This document shows, in pieces, positions 1 to 9,560 of a DNA stretch of 64,000 nucleotides. The position numbers and the translations under genes are program-made. Every line of letters begins with the position of its first letter. The stretch's first letter is position 1. This stretch comes from an uncultured Pseudomonadota bacterium. GTDB taxonomy: Bacteria > UBA10199 > JACPAL01 > GCA-016699445. The stretch lies in NCBI GenBank assembly GCA_964555055.1, contig CAZKQW010000012.1:4897-68896 (forward strand). The letters are read 5' to 3'. The notes below the pieces were generated by a model. It saw only the letters and a program-made list of their open reading frames with translations, made no database searches and was not told the DNA's origin.

Positions 1-1
1 T

Positions 2-937
2 GGTTTCCAGGTCTTTAGCCTGGCGAAGCTTCGCAAGATGACGGAGGAAGGGGTCGAATTCCAATCCCACATCGATGGCACCCGCTATCTTTTGACTCCT
101 GAATTCTCCAACGAGATCCAGTGGGCCTTAGGCTCCGACATCATCATGGTATTGGATGAATGCCCGCCCTACCCCGTGACGGAAAGCGAAGCGCGTCGGG
201 CAATGGAGCTGACGCTCCGCTGGGCCGAGAGGTCCCTCATCATCCACCAAAAACGCCTTGAAGCGGAAATCTCCAGCTACAAACCGCTCCTCTTCGGCAT
301 CATTCAGGGAAGCCATTTCACACACTTGAGGAAGGAATGCACCGAGCGTTTATTGGAAATGAACGAGAAACACATCGCACAGACAGGCGGGCCGGGCTTC
401 GGGGGCTTTGCGATCGGTGGCTTGGCCGTTGGAGAGCCGAAAGAGGTCTTGTACGAGATGGCGGCGGCTGCAGCCCCATTCATTCCAGAGCGCTTCCCGC
501 GCTACGCTATGGGGTTGGGCCTGCCGGAAGACCTCGTCGAGTTGATCGGATACGGGATTGATATGTTCGATTGCGTAGTGCCGACGCGTAACGCGCGCAA
601 CGGCGAGCTCTTCACCAGCTTCGGAGAGCTCAAAATCAATCAGTCGCGCTACAAAGAAGACCCGCGCCCCATCGACGAAGATTGCTCTTGCCCCGTTTGC
701 AAAAAATATTGTAGGGCCTACCTCCGTCATTTGTACTTGGCGAAAGAAATTCTTTCTTCAAGACTCAATACGATCCACAACCTTCATTACTACATGACGC
801 TCACTCGGAAGATCCGGGACGTGCTCGATAATGGTAGCGAAGGACCAAACAAAGAGATGCGTTATGACGAATTTAAGAGATCTTTTCATCGGGACCGCAC
901 AAGCTCAGGCCACACAAACCCAAACGACCACGACTAG
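2..937 (+). CDS. tgt: queuine tRNA-ribosyltransferase (Tgt), 5'-partial at window edge
   Basis: Frame continues from nt 2 (…LAKLRKMTEEG…). Zn-site CSCPVCKKYCRAYLRHL. C-terminal …KIRDVLDNG…DEFKRSF typical of Tgt. Canonical tgt-yajC-secDF context. Confidence 0.85.
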   Translation, partial: GFQVFSLAKLRKMTEEGVEFQSHIDGTRYLLTPEFSNEIQWALGSDIIMVLDECPPYPVTESEARRAMELTLRWAERSLIIHQKRLEAEISSYKPLLFGIIQGSHFTHLRKECTERLLEMNEKHIAQTGGPGFGGFAIGGLAVGEPKEVLYEMAAAAAPFIPERFPRYAMGLGLPEDLVELIGYGIDMFDCVVPTRNARNGELFTSFGELKINQSRYKEDPRPIDEDCSCPVCKKYCRAYLRHLYLAKEILSSRLNTIHNLHYYMTLTRKIRDVLDNGSEGPNKEMRYDEFKRSFHRDRTSSGHTNPNDHD

Positions 938-1235
938 CACCGTCTCCGGACAGCCGGCGACATCTCCCGCTTCCTCCCTGCAGATGTTTCTGCCCATGAT
1001 CTTGGTATTCGTGATCTTCTACTTTCTCCTGATCCGTCCCCAATCCAAACAGCGCAAACAGCATCAAGAGCTTCTCAATACGCTCAAAAAAGGCGATGAG
1101 GTAGTCACGTCCGCGGGCATCCATGGAAAAGTTCACGGCGTCGCCGACAATGTCGTCACCCTCGAAATCGCCGACAACGTCCGCGTGAAAATGGACAAAC
1201 AACAAATAACCTCAGTCAAAAACCTCGCGGCCTAA
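864..1235 (+). CDS. yajC: preprotein translocase subunit YajC
   Basis: Single TM (PMILVFVIFYFLLIRPQSKQRKQ) plus GDEVVTSAGIHGKV motif. Start chosen at internal Met MTNLRDLF, so it overlaps the tgt 3' end. Confidence 0.7.
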   Translation: MTNLRDLFIGTAQAQATQTQTTTTSTVSGQPATSPASSLQMFLPMILVFVIFYFLLIRPQSKQRKQHQELLNTLKKGDEVVTSAGIHGKVHGVADNVVTLEIADNVRVKMDKQQITSVKNLAA

Positions 1236-1239
1236 AATC

Positions 1240-2973
1240 ATGCCTAAAAATTGGCGACTTCATAGCATCCTAACCCTCTTAGCCATCCTTTTGTCGATTT
1301 ACTATTTGATCCCGACATGGGGCAGCTTCGGAGCCATTCGAGAGCGTGCGGAAAAGGACGGCAAACCTGCCCCATGGTACTTGAACCTATTTCCCCGCGA
1401 AGAGATCAAGCTGGGTTTAGACCTGCAAGGCGGTATTTACGTGGAAATGGAGGTCGAACTGAACGACGCCCTCAAGAATCGTTCTGACCTCTTCGCCTCG
1501 GAAATCGAAAGACTCTCAAAAACCGAGGTTTTCGCTCCGGAAAAAATCGAGCGGGTTCCGGACAACACTCAAATTCGGATCACGCTTAAAAAAGAAGAAG
1601 ACCGAGAACCCTTTTTAAAGTGGCTGGGAGAACGATACAAAGGCCTTTTGAATGAAAAAAGGGAGATTAAGACGGAAAAAACGGTTATTTTCGACCTTTC
1701 AGAAGATTTCGCGAACCGAACTAAAGAGCAGTCCGCAAAACAAGCCGTCGAAACCATCCGTAATCGCATTGACAGGTACGGAGTTACGGAGCCCAGCATC
1801 GTACGCCTAGGGACCAACCGTATTTCTATCGAATTGCCCGGCATGACCGACCCTGAGCGTGCGTTGAACCTCATCAAAAAAGGTGGTCGCCTGGAATTTC
1901 GGCTGGTGGATGATTCATCATCGGATGAAGAAATCCGCAAACTGGTAAGTGAGGCGCGTACCGCCCTAAATCTTCCTGAAGGATTTACCGAGGACGTCGT
2001 TTCCAAAGTGAACCAACAGCTCAAAGACAAGATCCCCGCCGATTCCGAAATTCTATTCGAAGTTCAATACGATCCCATCACGAAGAAGATATCCGGGGGC
2101 CTTCCCTATCTCATCAAGAGAAAATCCGAAGTCACGGGTGATATGCTGAAGAACACGCAGGTGAATGTAAACGACAATGAGCCTTACGTCAGTCTTTCAT
2201 TCAACCCTTTAGGCACTAAGCTTTTCGGAGAAGTGACGAAAGCGAATATAGGCAAGCGCCTTGCCATTCTCTTGGATGGAAATGTCATGAAAGCCCCAGT
2301 GATTAAGAGCGAGATACCTTCGGGTGAGGCTCAGATCACACTTGGATACGGTGATTATCAAACTGTCCTCAAGGAAGCCGAAGACTTGACGCTCGTCCTT
2401 CATGAGGGCGCTTTACCCGCGCGCATGAAGGAGCTGACGAAAACCGTTGTCGGTCCTTCTCTCGGAAAAGATTCGGTCGCCAAAGGGCTTAAGGTGTCCC
2501 TTTGGGCATCGCTTCTTGTCGCTCTCTTCATGGCTTTTTATTATCGGGTATCCGGCGTATTGGCGGATATCGCTTTGCTCTTAAACGTCATCTTCATGAT
2601 GGCCTGTTTGGCGATTTTTCAAGCGACCTTAACTCTCCCTGGCATCGCTGGCATCGTCCTGACCATCGGAATGGCGGTGGATGCGAACGTCCTGATTTTT
2701 GAGCGTATGAGGGAGGAATTGCGCGCCGGCAAGTCTGCAAAGGCCGCTTTAACGGAAGGCTATTCTAACGCCAAGACGGCCATCGTAGATTCCAATATCA
2801 CGACCTTCTTGGCAGGCGTCGTGTTGTATCAATTCGGTACAGGACCCATCCGAGGTTTTGCGGTCACGCTGATGGTGGGGATCATGACGACTTTATTTAC
2901 GACGATCTGGGTGACGCGCATTCTTCAAGAAGGCCTTTTATATGGATTGAAGAGAGAGAGGATCAGCGTTTAG
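1240..2973 (+). CDS. secD: protein translocase subunit SecD
   Basis: 577 aa. N-terminal TM, large periplasmic domain, C-terminal 6-TM region. Followed 3 nt later by secF. Confidence 0.9.
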   Translation: MPKNWRLHSILTLLAILLSIYYLIPTWGSFGAIRERAEKDGKPAPWYLNLFPREEIKLGLDLQGGIYVEMEVELNDALKNRSDLFASEIERLSKTEVFAPEKIERVPDNTQIRITLKKEEDREPFLKWLGERYKGLLNEKREIKTEKTVIFDLSEDFANRTKEQSAKQAVETIRNRIDRYGVTEPSIVRLGTNRISIELPGMTDPERALNLIKKGGRLEFRLVDDSSSDEEIRKLVSEARTALNLPEGFTEDVVSKVNQQLKDKIPADSEILFEVQYDPITKKISGGLPYLIKRKSEVTGDMLKNTQVNVNDNEPYVSLSFNPLGTKLFGEVTKANIGKRLAILLDGNVMKAPVIKSEIPSGEAQITLGYGDYQTVLKEAEDLTLVLHEGALPARMKELTKTVVGPSLGKDSVAKGLKVSLWASLLVALFMAFYYRVSGVLADIALLLNVIFMMACLAIFQATLTLPGIAGIVLTIGMAVDANVLIFERMREELRAGKSAKAALTEGYSNAKTAIVDSNITTFLAGVVLYQFGTGPIRGFAVTLMVGIMTTLFTTIWVTRILQEGLLYGLKRERISV

Positions 2974-2975
2974 TT

Positions 2976-3884
2976 ATGTTGCAACTCAAAAACTTTCACT
3001 TCGATTACGTCAAATACCGCGGCTGGTTTGTTGCCTTTTCGGTCCTTACGATCATTATAGGGCTTTTCTTCATCGTCAAGAATGGCTTAAACTTCGGCAC
3101 TGATTTTAAGGGAGGTACCAAGCTTCAATACAAGCTTCAGTCGTCAGTCACGGACGGGGACGTCAGGCAAGCTCTAGAAAAAGGAGGTATCTCCAACTTC
3201 TCGGTGCAAAAAATCGGCGAAACCCAGGAAAATCGTTTCATCGTGAAGCTAGAGATAGAGGAGAACTCGGAACCTCTGGTTAAAAAAACGACCGAAAGTC
3301 TTCAAGCGTCCATCGGCACCGACAAGGTCATGCTGGAACAAAATGAGACCGTTGGACCGAAAGCCGGAGCGGATTTGCGTAAGAAGGCGGGACTTGCCGT
3401 CATTGTGTCTTGGTTACTTATGCTGATTTACATTGGCTTTCGATTTGATTTCGCTTTCGCACCTGGGGCTATTGTCGCCTTAATCCACGACGTCTTCCTC
3501 GCCGTGGCGGGTTTCGCCATGACGGGGCGTGAAGTCAGTCTAACCGTCGTGGCCGCTCTTTTGACGATTATTGGGTATTCCATCAACGACACCATCGTCG
3601 TCTATGACCGCGTACGAGAACATTTAGCGAATGCCGGCAAGCAATCGTTGAAAGACGTGGTCAACCGAAGCATTAATGAAATGTTTCCCCGTACTATTAT
3701 TACCTCTTTCACCGTCTTCATGGTCGTTTCTCTCATGTACTTCTTCGGAGAAGGTGAGTTCCAGAATTTCGGTTTCGCCATGATTATCGGTGTTGTGACA
3801 GGTGTTTATTCGACACTTTCCATAGCCTGCCCTCTTTATATATGGATCAAAGATAACGAAGCTTTTTTCAAAAAATTCACATAG
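2976..3884 (+). CDS. secF: protein translocase subunit SecF
   Basis: 302 aa. SecF-type TM topology immediately after secD. Confidence 0.9.
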   Translation: MLQLKNFHFDYVKYRGWFVAFSVLTIIIGLFFIVKNGLNFGTDFKGGTKLQYKLQSSVTDGDVRQALEKGGISNFSVQKIGETQENRFIVKLEIEENSEPLVKKTTESLQASIGTDKVMLEQNETVGPKAGADLRKKAGLAVIVSWLLMLIYIGFRFDFAFAPGAIVALIHDVFLAVAGFAMTGREVSLTVVAALLTIIGYSINDTIVVYDRVREHLANAGKQSLKDVVNRSINEMFPRTIITSFTVFMVVSLMYFFGEGEFQNFGFAMIIGVVTGVYSTLSIACPLYIWIKDNEAFFKKFT

Positions 3885-3893
3885 TCATTTTCC

Positions 3894-5624
3894 ATGGCAG
3901 CACCCATTGCTTTGGAACCTCCAAAAACACTGTCAGCGGAAGAATCCGCCCTTAGAAAGTCTTTCACTGAAAGATTTAAGCTTCACCCCGTTCTGTCGCA
4001 AATCTTGATTATTAGAGGGTTGCGAGAGGAGGACGAAGTCGAACGTTTTCTTTTCGGAGATTTGACCCATTTGCCCAACCCCTTCGATTTATCGGGAATG
4101 TCGGAGGCTGTCGAACGAGTGATTGAAGCCCTGAGAAAGAAAGAACCTATTCTTCTCTTCGGCGATTATGACGTCGACGGTATGACAGGATGCAGTCAAC
4201 TGGCTTTATTCCTCAAAGAGGTCGGGAGCGACGTCCGCGTTTTTCTACCTCACCGCTTGCACGACGGCTACGGGCTCACAGCTTCGAGCCTGGAGAAAAT
4301 CAAAGCCGCGCACCCCGGTTTAGTCATCACCATCGATAACGGAACGAAATCCAAAGAGGCGATTTCCGTCTTGAAAGACGAGGGCATTGATACGATCGTT
4401 ATCGATCATCACGAGACTCCAGACGCTGGCCACTTGCCCCCCGTCGTCGCCTTAATCAACCCTAAATCACCAGGACAGAAGTTCACGGAGCGCAACTTAG
4501 CTTCTGCAGGTTTGGTTTTTCTTTTCTTAGTGGCCTTACGCTCGAGACTCCGCGAGACGACCGCATCGCTTCCCAATCTTAAGCGTTATTTGGATCTCGC
4601 GTGTTTGGGCACCATTGCGGATGTCGTCCCGCTAACGGGCACCAACCGTCTTATCGTCAAGTACGGCCTGGCTGAACTGACTCAATCGCAGCGTCCCGGG
4701 ATCAAAGCCTTGAAGCAAGTCGCTGGGGTGTTGGACGAGGTGACTCCCTATGTGGTTGGGTTTCGACTTGCCCCCCGCCTCAATGCCGCGGGTCGGATGG
4801 CCGACCCTCAAGAGGCCTTGACGCTTTTAATGGCCGTCTCGGAAACAGAGGCGATCGCTCGTGCCCAAGCTCTGGAAACTTATAATCGGCAACGTCAAAT
4901 GGAAGAGGAAAAAGCTCTTAAGGAAGCTTATGCGATGATCGATGCGAAGGACTCCCCTTACGCGGACCATCGAGGGATTGTCGTCGGGTCGAAGGATTGG
5001 CCTCTCGGTATTGTAGGCATTTTAGCGGCTCGTTTGACGGAAAAATATCACCGACCCAGCATCGCCCTCTCTTTTTTCGAAGATAAAGGCATCGCAAAAG
5101 GATCAGCCCGATCCGTACCTGGGTTTTCCGTTCATAAAGCGCTTAAAGCCATTGAGAGCACTATGCTTAACTTCGGAGGTCATGATGCCGCAGCGGGTAT
5201 GACCATAGACTTGAACTCCGTGAAAACCTTCTCGGAAAGCTTCTCAAACTCCGTCGCCCGTCTCGCCCCCGAACCTTTCCAAAAGAAAATCCGAGTCGAC
5301 GCGAATCTCTCTTTCACCGACATCAGCCCCCTCTTAATGGAACAACTTTCTTGGTTAGGTCCCTACGGAGCCGGTCATCCTGAACCCGTTTTTCTCACGG
5401 AAGGTGTTCAGGCTCTGGCGTGCCGAGTGATCGGAAATGAAGACAAACATCTTAAATTTTCGGCACTTCATTCCCAAACCTCCCTGGAAGCTGTCTTTTT
5501 CGATGGCGCTCGCGAGATGGAACGACTCATTAAAAATCCACGTCAAAACATTATCTACTACTTACAAAAAAACATCTGGAACGGAAAAACCACGATCCAG
5601 CTAAAGCTCAAACACCTCCTATAA
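3894..5624 (+). CDS. recJ: single-stranded-DNA-specific exonuclease RecJ
   Basis: DHH motifs GDYDVDGMTG and IVIDHHETP. DHHA1-like C-terminal half. 576 aa. Confidence 0.85.
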   Translation: MAAPIALEPPKTLSAEESALRKSFTERFKLHPVLSQILIIRGLREEDEVERFLFGDLTHLPNPFDLSGMSEAVERVIEALRKKEPILLFGDYDVDGMTGCSQLALFLKEVGSDVRVFLPHRLHDGYGLTASSLEKIKAAHPGLVITIDNGTKSKEAISVLKDEGIDTIVIDHHETPDAGHLPPVVALINPKSPGQKFTERNLASAGLVFLFLVALRSRLRETTASLPNLKRYLDLACLGTIADVVPLTGTNRLIVKYGLAELTQSQRPGIKALKQVAGVLDEVTPYVVGFRLAPRLNAAGRMADPQEALTLLMAVSETEAIARAQALETYNRQRQMEEEKALKEAYAMIDAKDSPYADHRGIVVGSKDWPLGIVGILAARLTEKYHRPSIALSFFEDKGIAKGSARSVPGFSVHKALKAIESTMLNFGGHDAAAGMTIDLNSVKTFSESFSNSVARLAPEPFQKKIRVDANLSFTDISPLLMEQLSWLGPYGAGHPEPVFLTEGVQALACRVIGNEDKHLKFSALHSQTSLEAVFFDGAREMERLIKNPRQNIIYYLQKNIWNGKTTIQLKLKHLL

Positions 5625-5770
5625 GTCATTTTTGAAAAATAACGCGTCGCATAAAATAATCATTGACCGATTTGATGCACTGTGTAAATCTTTGACGCGT
5701 TGGGCAAAGAAAGGTTCAACACTATGGCAACTGCAAAAAAAGCAAAAATTTTGAAACAAGGAGGATTTCT

Positions 5771-6301
5771 ATGGCTACCCGACGTAAACAAGCCAAAGCA
5801 TCAAAAACAACTTCTCTCAAGCTTGAGGGCTTCACCGGTCTTCTCGGCAAGCTTGAGGTGGAAGCAGAGAAAGTTGTCCGACGCATCGTTGAAAAGGCGG
5901 AGACGAGCTCACGCGATATCAAAAAGGGTGTCCGCACTCTCATACAACAAGTCCGCAGCACGGGACTTGCTTCAATAGCCGAAGAGAAGAAACAGGATTT
6001 GGTGCGTCTTGCCGGCGAAGTCTTGACCAAAGCGAAGGAAGTCCAAATCGCATCGGTGGGTTCTTTAAACAACTTCAATCGAGATGAAATCGTCAAAGAA
6101 GCCAAGAAGAACATCGATGACATCATTAAGAAGATTAACTCTTCAGAACTGATGGCAAAAGCCAAAGTTCAAGCGCTAAATACAAAAGACCAAGTTTTGT
6201 CTATCCTAAGCATTCCCTCCCAAGAGGATGTGGTCAAGCTATCCCGCAAGATCGTCACCCTCGAAGGTCGGGTTAACAAGCTTACGCGAAAAGCCGCTTA
6301 G
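5771..6301 (+). CDS. phasin-like (PHA granule-associated) protein
   Basis: 176-aa Lys/Glu-rich coiled-coil protein ending …DVVKLSRKIVTLEGRVNKLTRKAA, as in PHA-granule-associated phasins. AAGGAGG RBS 8 nt upstream of ATG. Confidence 0.5.
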   Translation: MATRRKQAKASKTTSLKLEGFTGLLGKLEVEAEKVVRRIVEKAETSSRDIKKGVRTLIQQVRSTGLASIAEEKKQDLVRLAGEVLTKAKEVQIASVGSLNNFNRDEIVKEAKKNIDDIIKKINSSELMAKAKVQALNTKDQVLSILSIPSQEDVVKLSRKIVTLEGRVNKLTRKAA

Positions 6302-6317
6302 GATTGTACCTCCCTCG

Positions 6318-6357
6318 AACAGCCCGTCTTCCGAAAGGAAGGCGGGCTGTTTCGTTT
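6318..6357 (+). terminator. rho-independent terminator after phasin gene
   Basis: cagcccgtcttcc-gaaa-ggaaggcgggctg perfect 13-bp stem followed by tttcgttttt. Confidence 0.75.
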
Positions 6358-6388
6358 TTGCCTAAGAAAGATGTTCTAGGATTCCATC

Positions 6389-7075
6389 ATGCGCTTACCA
6401 ACAGCGATCGTCATTTTATCAGGAGGATTGGATTCCGCGACCGCTCTTTATCTCAGTCATTCTTCCTTCCGTATCGTCAAGACACTGACTTTTGATTACG
6501 GGCAAAGGGCCGTAGCACGTGAAATCAATGCCGCTCGAGAGATTTCATCGATACTGAGCATTCCCCATACTGTGTTTACCCTTCCTTGGGTTTCTGAAAT
6601 CACGCGGACAGCCTTAGTGAATCGCCAGAATTGTCTACCTCACCCTTCTGAATCCGACTTGAATCGACAAGATGTCGGCATGGAAAACGCGAAAAGCGTC
6701 TGGGTGCCGAATCGAAACGGCCTCTTCTTAAACATAGGCGCGACCATCGCCGAGGCGGAGGGGATCGATAGCCTGATTACGGGGTTCAACGCGGAAGAAG
6801 CAGCGACTTTTCCGGATAACAGCGAAGCTTTTTTAAAGGCTGCGAATGAATTCTTTGCCTACGCGACGCTTAAAAAAATTAAAGTCGAGAGTCCGACCCT
6901 CACCCTGACGAAGGCAGAGATTGCCTTTCGGGCTCGGGAATTGGGCATCCCATTCTCTAAACTTTGGTTTTGCTATGAAGGCGAAGCCATTCCCTGTCGG
7001 CGGTGCGAATCATGCCGCCGAAATTTTCGGGCTTTCCGACAAGTTGGGATTGCGGATCCCTTCGAATCTTCCTAA
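6389..7075 (+). CDS. queC: 7-cyano-7-deazaguanine synthase QueC
   Basis: PP-loop IVILSGGLDSAT. C-terminal Zn motif CYEGEAIPCRRCESCRR. Confidence 0.85.
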   Translation: MRLPTAIVILSGGLDSATALYLSHSSFRIVKTLTFDYGQRAVAREINAAREISSILSIPHTVFTLPWVSEITRTALVNRQNCLPHPSESDLNRQDVGMENAKSVWVPNRNGLFLNIGATIAEAEGIDSLITGFNAEEAATFPDNSEAFLKAANEFFAYATLKKIKVESPTLTLTKAEIAFRARELGIPFSKLWFCYEGEAIPCRRCESCRRNFRAFRQVGIADPFESS

Positions 7076-7084
7076 GGGCATCCG

Positions 7085-7642
7085 ATGCAGGTCAAGTGGA
7101 TCGATACACCTCTAGATTACGACGGCACACAGCTGGTCTCCCATTGGATCTTCAGGACCACGGGAGTGCTAGGCGACGGACTCGTTGCCTTCTCAGGCCG
7201 CTGCGAAGTTAGCCTGGAACATATGGTCGACTTAGTCGACGTGCGTGATAAGAAACCCATCTTCAGCCAGAATATGCTGCACTTCATCGGAGAATTTTTC
7301 GGCATCGGCTTGGAAACTACGATCCTTTATCAGCGACTACTTGTCAGTTTAGCGCAGCAGGAATTGGTGACGCGCACGAAAAAACACCATTTGGTGCGCG
7401 GCGGCAATGACCTTTACGATGAAGACTCAAAACTCTCCGTCTCGATCGCGACCGTCTCTCCCGTGTCTACCCTCGTTCATTTCGGGATCAATATCGAAAG
7501 TAAAGGAACTCCCGTTAAGACGAAAGGCCTTATGGATTACGGCGTCGATGCGGCCTCGATGGCCAAAACAATCCTTGAAAGCTTCAAGCATGAAGTCGTG
7601 AGCGCCCGCGAAGCGCGCTGCAAAGTCAGGCCGGTGCCTTAA
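7085..7642 (+). CDS. conserved hypothetical protein in queD position (possible DUF366-like), function unknown
   Basis: 185 aa. No CxxxHGH PTPS/QueD motif and no QueF motif. Its stop overlaps the queE ATG (TAATG), so it is translationally coupled inside the que operon. Confidence 0.4.
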   Translation: MQVKWIDTPLDYDGTQLVSHWIFRTTGVLGDGLVAFSGRCEVSLEHMVDLVDVRDKKPIFSQNMLHFIGEFFGIGLETTILYQRLLVSLAQQELVTRTKKHHLVRGGNDLYDEDSKLSVSIATVSPVSTLVHFGINIESKGTPVKTKGLMDYGVDAASMAKTILESFKHEVVSAREARCKVRPVP

Positions 7643-8412
7643 TGGAAAACGACGCCGCCATCATCGAAATCTTTTCCTCGTACCAAGGGGAGGGCTTACA
7701 CGTCGGGGAACGCCAGCTCTTCATACGCTTTCAAGACTGTGAACTCTCCTGCAAGTTTTGCGACACGCCTTTGACTTTCGTTCCCAATAAATTCTGTCGG
7801 TTAGAATCTCCGGCTTTCTCTAAAAAATACCAACACCTGCAAAATCCCATTTCCCAAGCGACGCTGAACAAAATCATCGGGGACTTCAACGACGAGACGA
7901 TCGTTCTAACTGGCGGAGAACCTCTGCAAAAAGTGTATTTTCTCAAGGAATGGTTGCCGCAGGTGAAACGACAGTATCCTCTCAGGAAAATCATGGTGGA
8001 AACCGCTGGCGTCCATTTCGGCGAATTCATCGAGCTCTCCGAATGGATCGACATCGTCAGCATGGATATTAAGCTCCCCTCCTCCACAGGCATGCATCCC
8101 TGGTGGCGCGAGCACGAGGCTTTCCTGAAGGCGGTCCGTCGTGCCGGAGAGCCTTCGGCCCCACCAAAGGAACTTTACATCAAGATCGTCATTTCCGGTG
8201 AAACGGAGGAAAAAGATATCGCACGCGCGACTCAACTGATCGCTTCCATGGACGCATCGATTCCCGTCATCCTCCAGCCGGCTTCCCTTTACGGTCGTTT
8301 CCGATCCATTCCCACGATCGATCAATTGGCGCGTTGGGAAGACCAGATAAAACCTGTCCTGAAAAACCTCCGCATTATTCCTCAAGTGCATAAACAAATG
8401 GGGATCCTATGA
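7642..8412 (+). CDS. queE: 7-carboxy-7-deazaguanine synthase QueE (radical SAM)
   Basis: N-terminal …GEGLHVGERQLFIRFQDCELSCKFCDT (CxxxCxxC radical-SAM cluster of QueE type). Confidence 0.8.
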   Translation: MENDAAIIEIFSSYQGEGLHVGERQLFIRFQDCELSCKFCDTPLTFVPNKFCRLESPAFSKKYQHLQNPISQATLNKIIGDFNDETIVLTGGEPLQKVYFLKEWLPQVKRQYPLRKIMVETAGVHFGEFIELSEWIDIVSMDIKLPSSTGMHPWWREHEAFLKAVRRAGEPSAPPKELYIKIVISGETEEKDIARATQLIASMDASIPVILQPASLYGRFRSIPTIDQLARWEDQIKPVLKNLRIIPQVHKQMGIL

Positions 8413-9545
8413 GGACACGTCTCGATTACGAAACATGCGAAGCGAAAATCCTCGCCCCTTACGCCATGCTTAGCGAAGCCACAGAAGGCCGTGAATATGC
8501 CGAAGAAGAACACGGGTACCGTACCGCTTTTCAAAGGGACCGAGACCGCGTGGTCCATTCCAACGCCTTTCGAAGACTCGAGTACAAGACTCAAGTCTTC
8601 GTCTACCACGAGGGGGACCACTACCGAACGCGATTGACGCATAGCTTGGAGGGATCACAAATCGCCCGCTCGATCGCGCGCATGCTGGGTTTGAATGAGG
8701 ACTTATCCGAAGCCATTATCTTAGCCCATGACTTGGGACACACACCCTTCGGGCATTCGGGCGAAGTGGTTTTGAACCGCCTCATGAAAAAATGGGGTGG
8801 CTTCGAGCATAACCGCCAGTCGCTGAGGATCGTCACCGTTTTGGAAGACCGCTATCCGGACTTTCCGGGGTTGAACCTCACTTACGAAGTGCGCGAAGGT
8901 TTGGCCAAACACCAATCCGCCTACGACAAGCCGAATGCCCAGGCGAATTTCAAGAAAAAAGGCCAACCCACTCTAGAAGCCCAGATCGTGAACATCGCCG
9001 ACGAAATCGCCTATTCCAACCACGACCTGGACGACGGTCTGCGCTCCGGTTTGATCAGCCTTAAGCAATTGAAGAACGTGCGTCTGTGGGTCGATCATTT
9101 TCAAAGACATGACGACGAAAAAATCCAAGTGAGACAAACGATCCGCTCGATTATCAACCATTTCGTCCTCGACCTCGTGGCGGAGACCGAGAAGCGATTG
9201 AAGGACGCCCGCATCCGTTCGGTCTCGGACGTCCGCGCCAGCAAGGCCAAACTCGTCTCCCTCTCGCGGGATTTCGACATGAAGAACCGTGAGCTCAAAG
9301 CCTTCCTGCGCGACTTCATGTACCGCCATCAGCACGTGGAGCGTATGGCCACTAAGACAAGAATGGTGATTGAGGGCCTCTTCAAGACTTACATCAAAAA
9401 TCCCAAGACCCTCCCGCCGGACCTCTACGAGAAGACGAAGAAGCAGCAGCTCGAACGGACCGTGTGCGATTACATCGCCGGCATGACGGACCGCTTCGCC
9501 CTGGAAGAATACAAACGCCTCTTTGATCCTTTGGAAAAGGTCTGA
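8409..9545 (+). CDS. dgt: dGTPase-like deoxyguanosinetriphosphate triphosphohydrolase (HD domain)
   Basis: HD motif HSLEGSQIARSIARMLG…AHDLGHTPFGHSGE. ATGA overlap with the queE stop. Confidence 0.8.
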   Translation: MRTRLDYETCEAKILAPYAMLSEATEGREYAEEEHGYRTAFQRDRDRVVHSNAFRRLEYKTQVFVYHEGDHYRTRLTHSLEGSQIARSIARMLGLNEDLSEAIILAHDLGHTPFGHSGEVVLNRLMKKWGGFEHNRQSLRIVTVLEDRYPDFPGLNLTYEVREGLAKHQSAYDKPNAQANFKKKGQPTLEAQIVNIADEIAYSNHDLDDGLRSGLISLKQLKNVRLWVDHFQRHDDEKIQVRQTIRSIINHFVLDLVAETEKRLKDARIRSVSDVRASKAKLVSLSRDFDMKNRELKAFLRDFMYRHQHVERMATKTRMVIEGLFKTYIKNPKTLPPDLYEKTKKQQLERTVCDYIAGMTDRFALEEYKRLFDPLEKV

Positions 9546-9560
9546 TATAAGCGGAGGTTC

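Noticed and set aside
5700-5978. Alternative longer start for the phasin gene (MGKERFNTMATAKKAK…)
   Set aside because: Different reading frame from the 176-aa phasin ORF. The 5771 ATG has a perfect AAGGAGG RBS.
6302-6388. Looked for a preQ1 riboswitch in the queC leader (GTTCTAG reminiscent of the preQ1-I loop)
   Set aside because: Could not fold a 5-bp P1 stem plus A-rich tail/pseudoknot matching the preQ1-I or -II consensus. The only strong hairpin is the phasin terminator.
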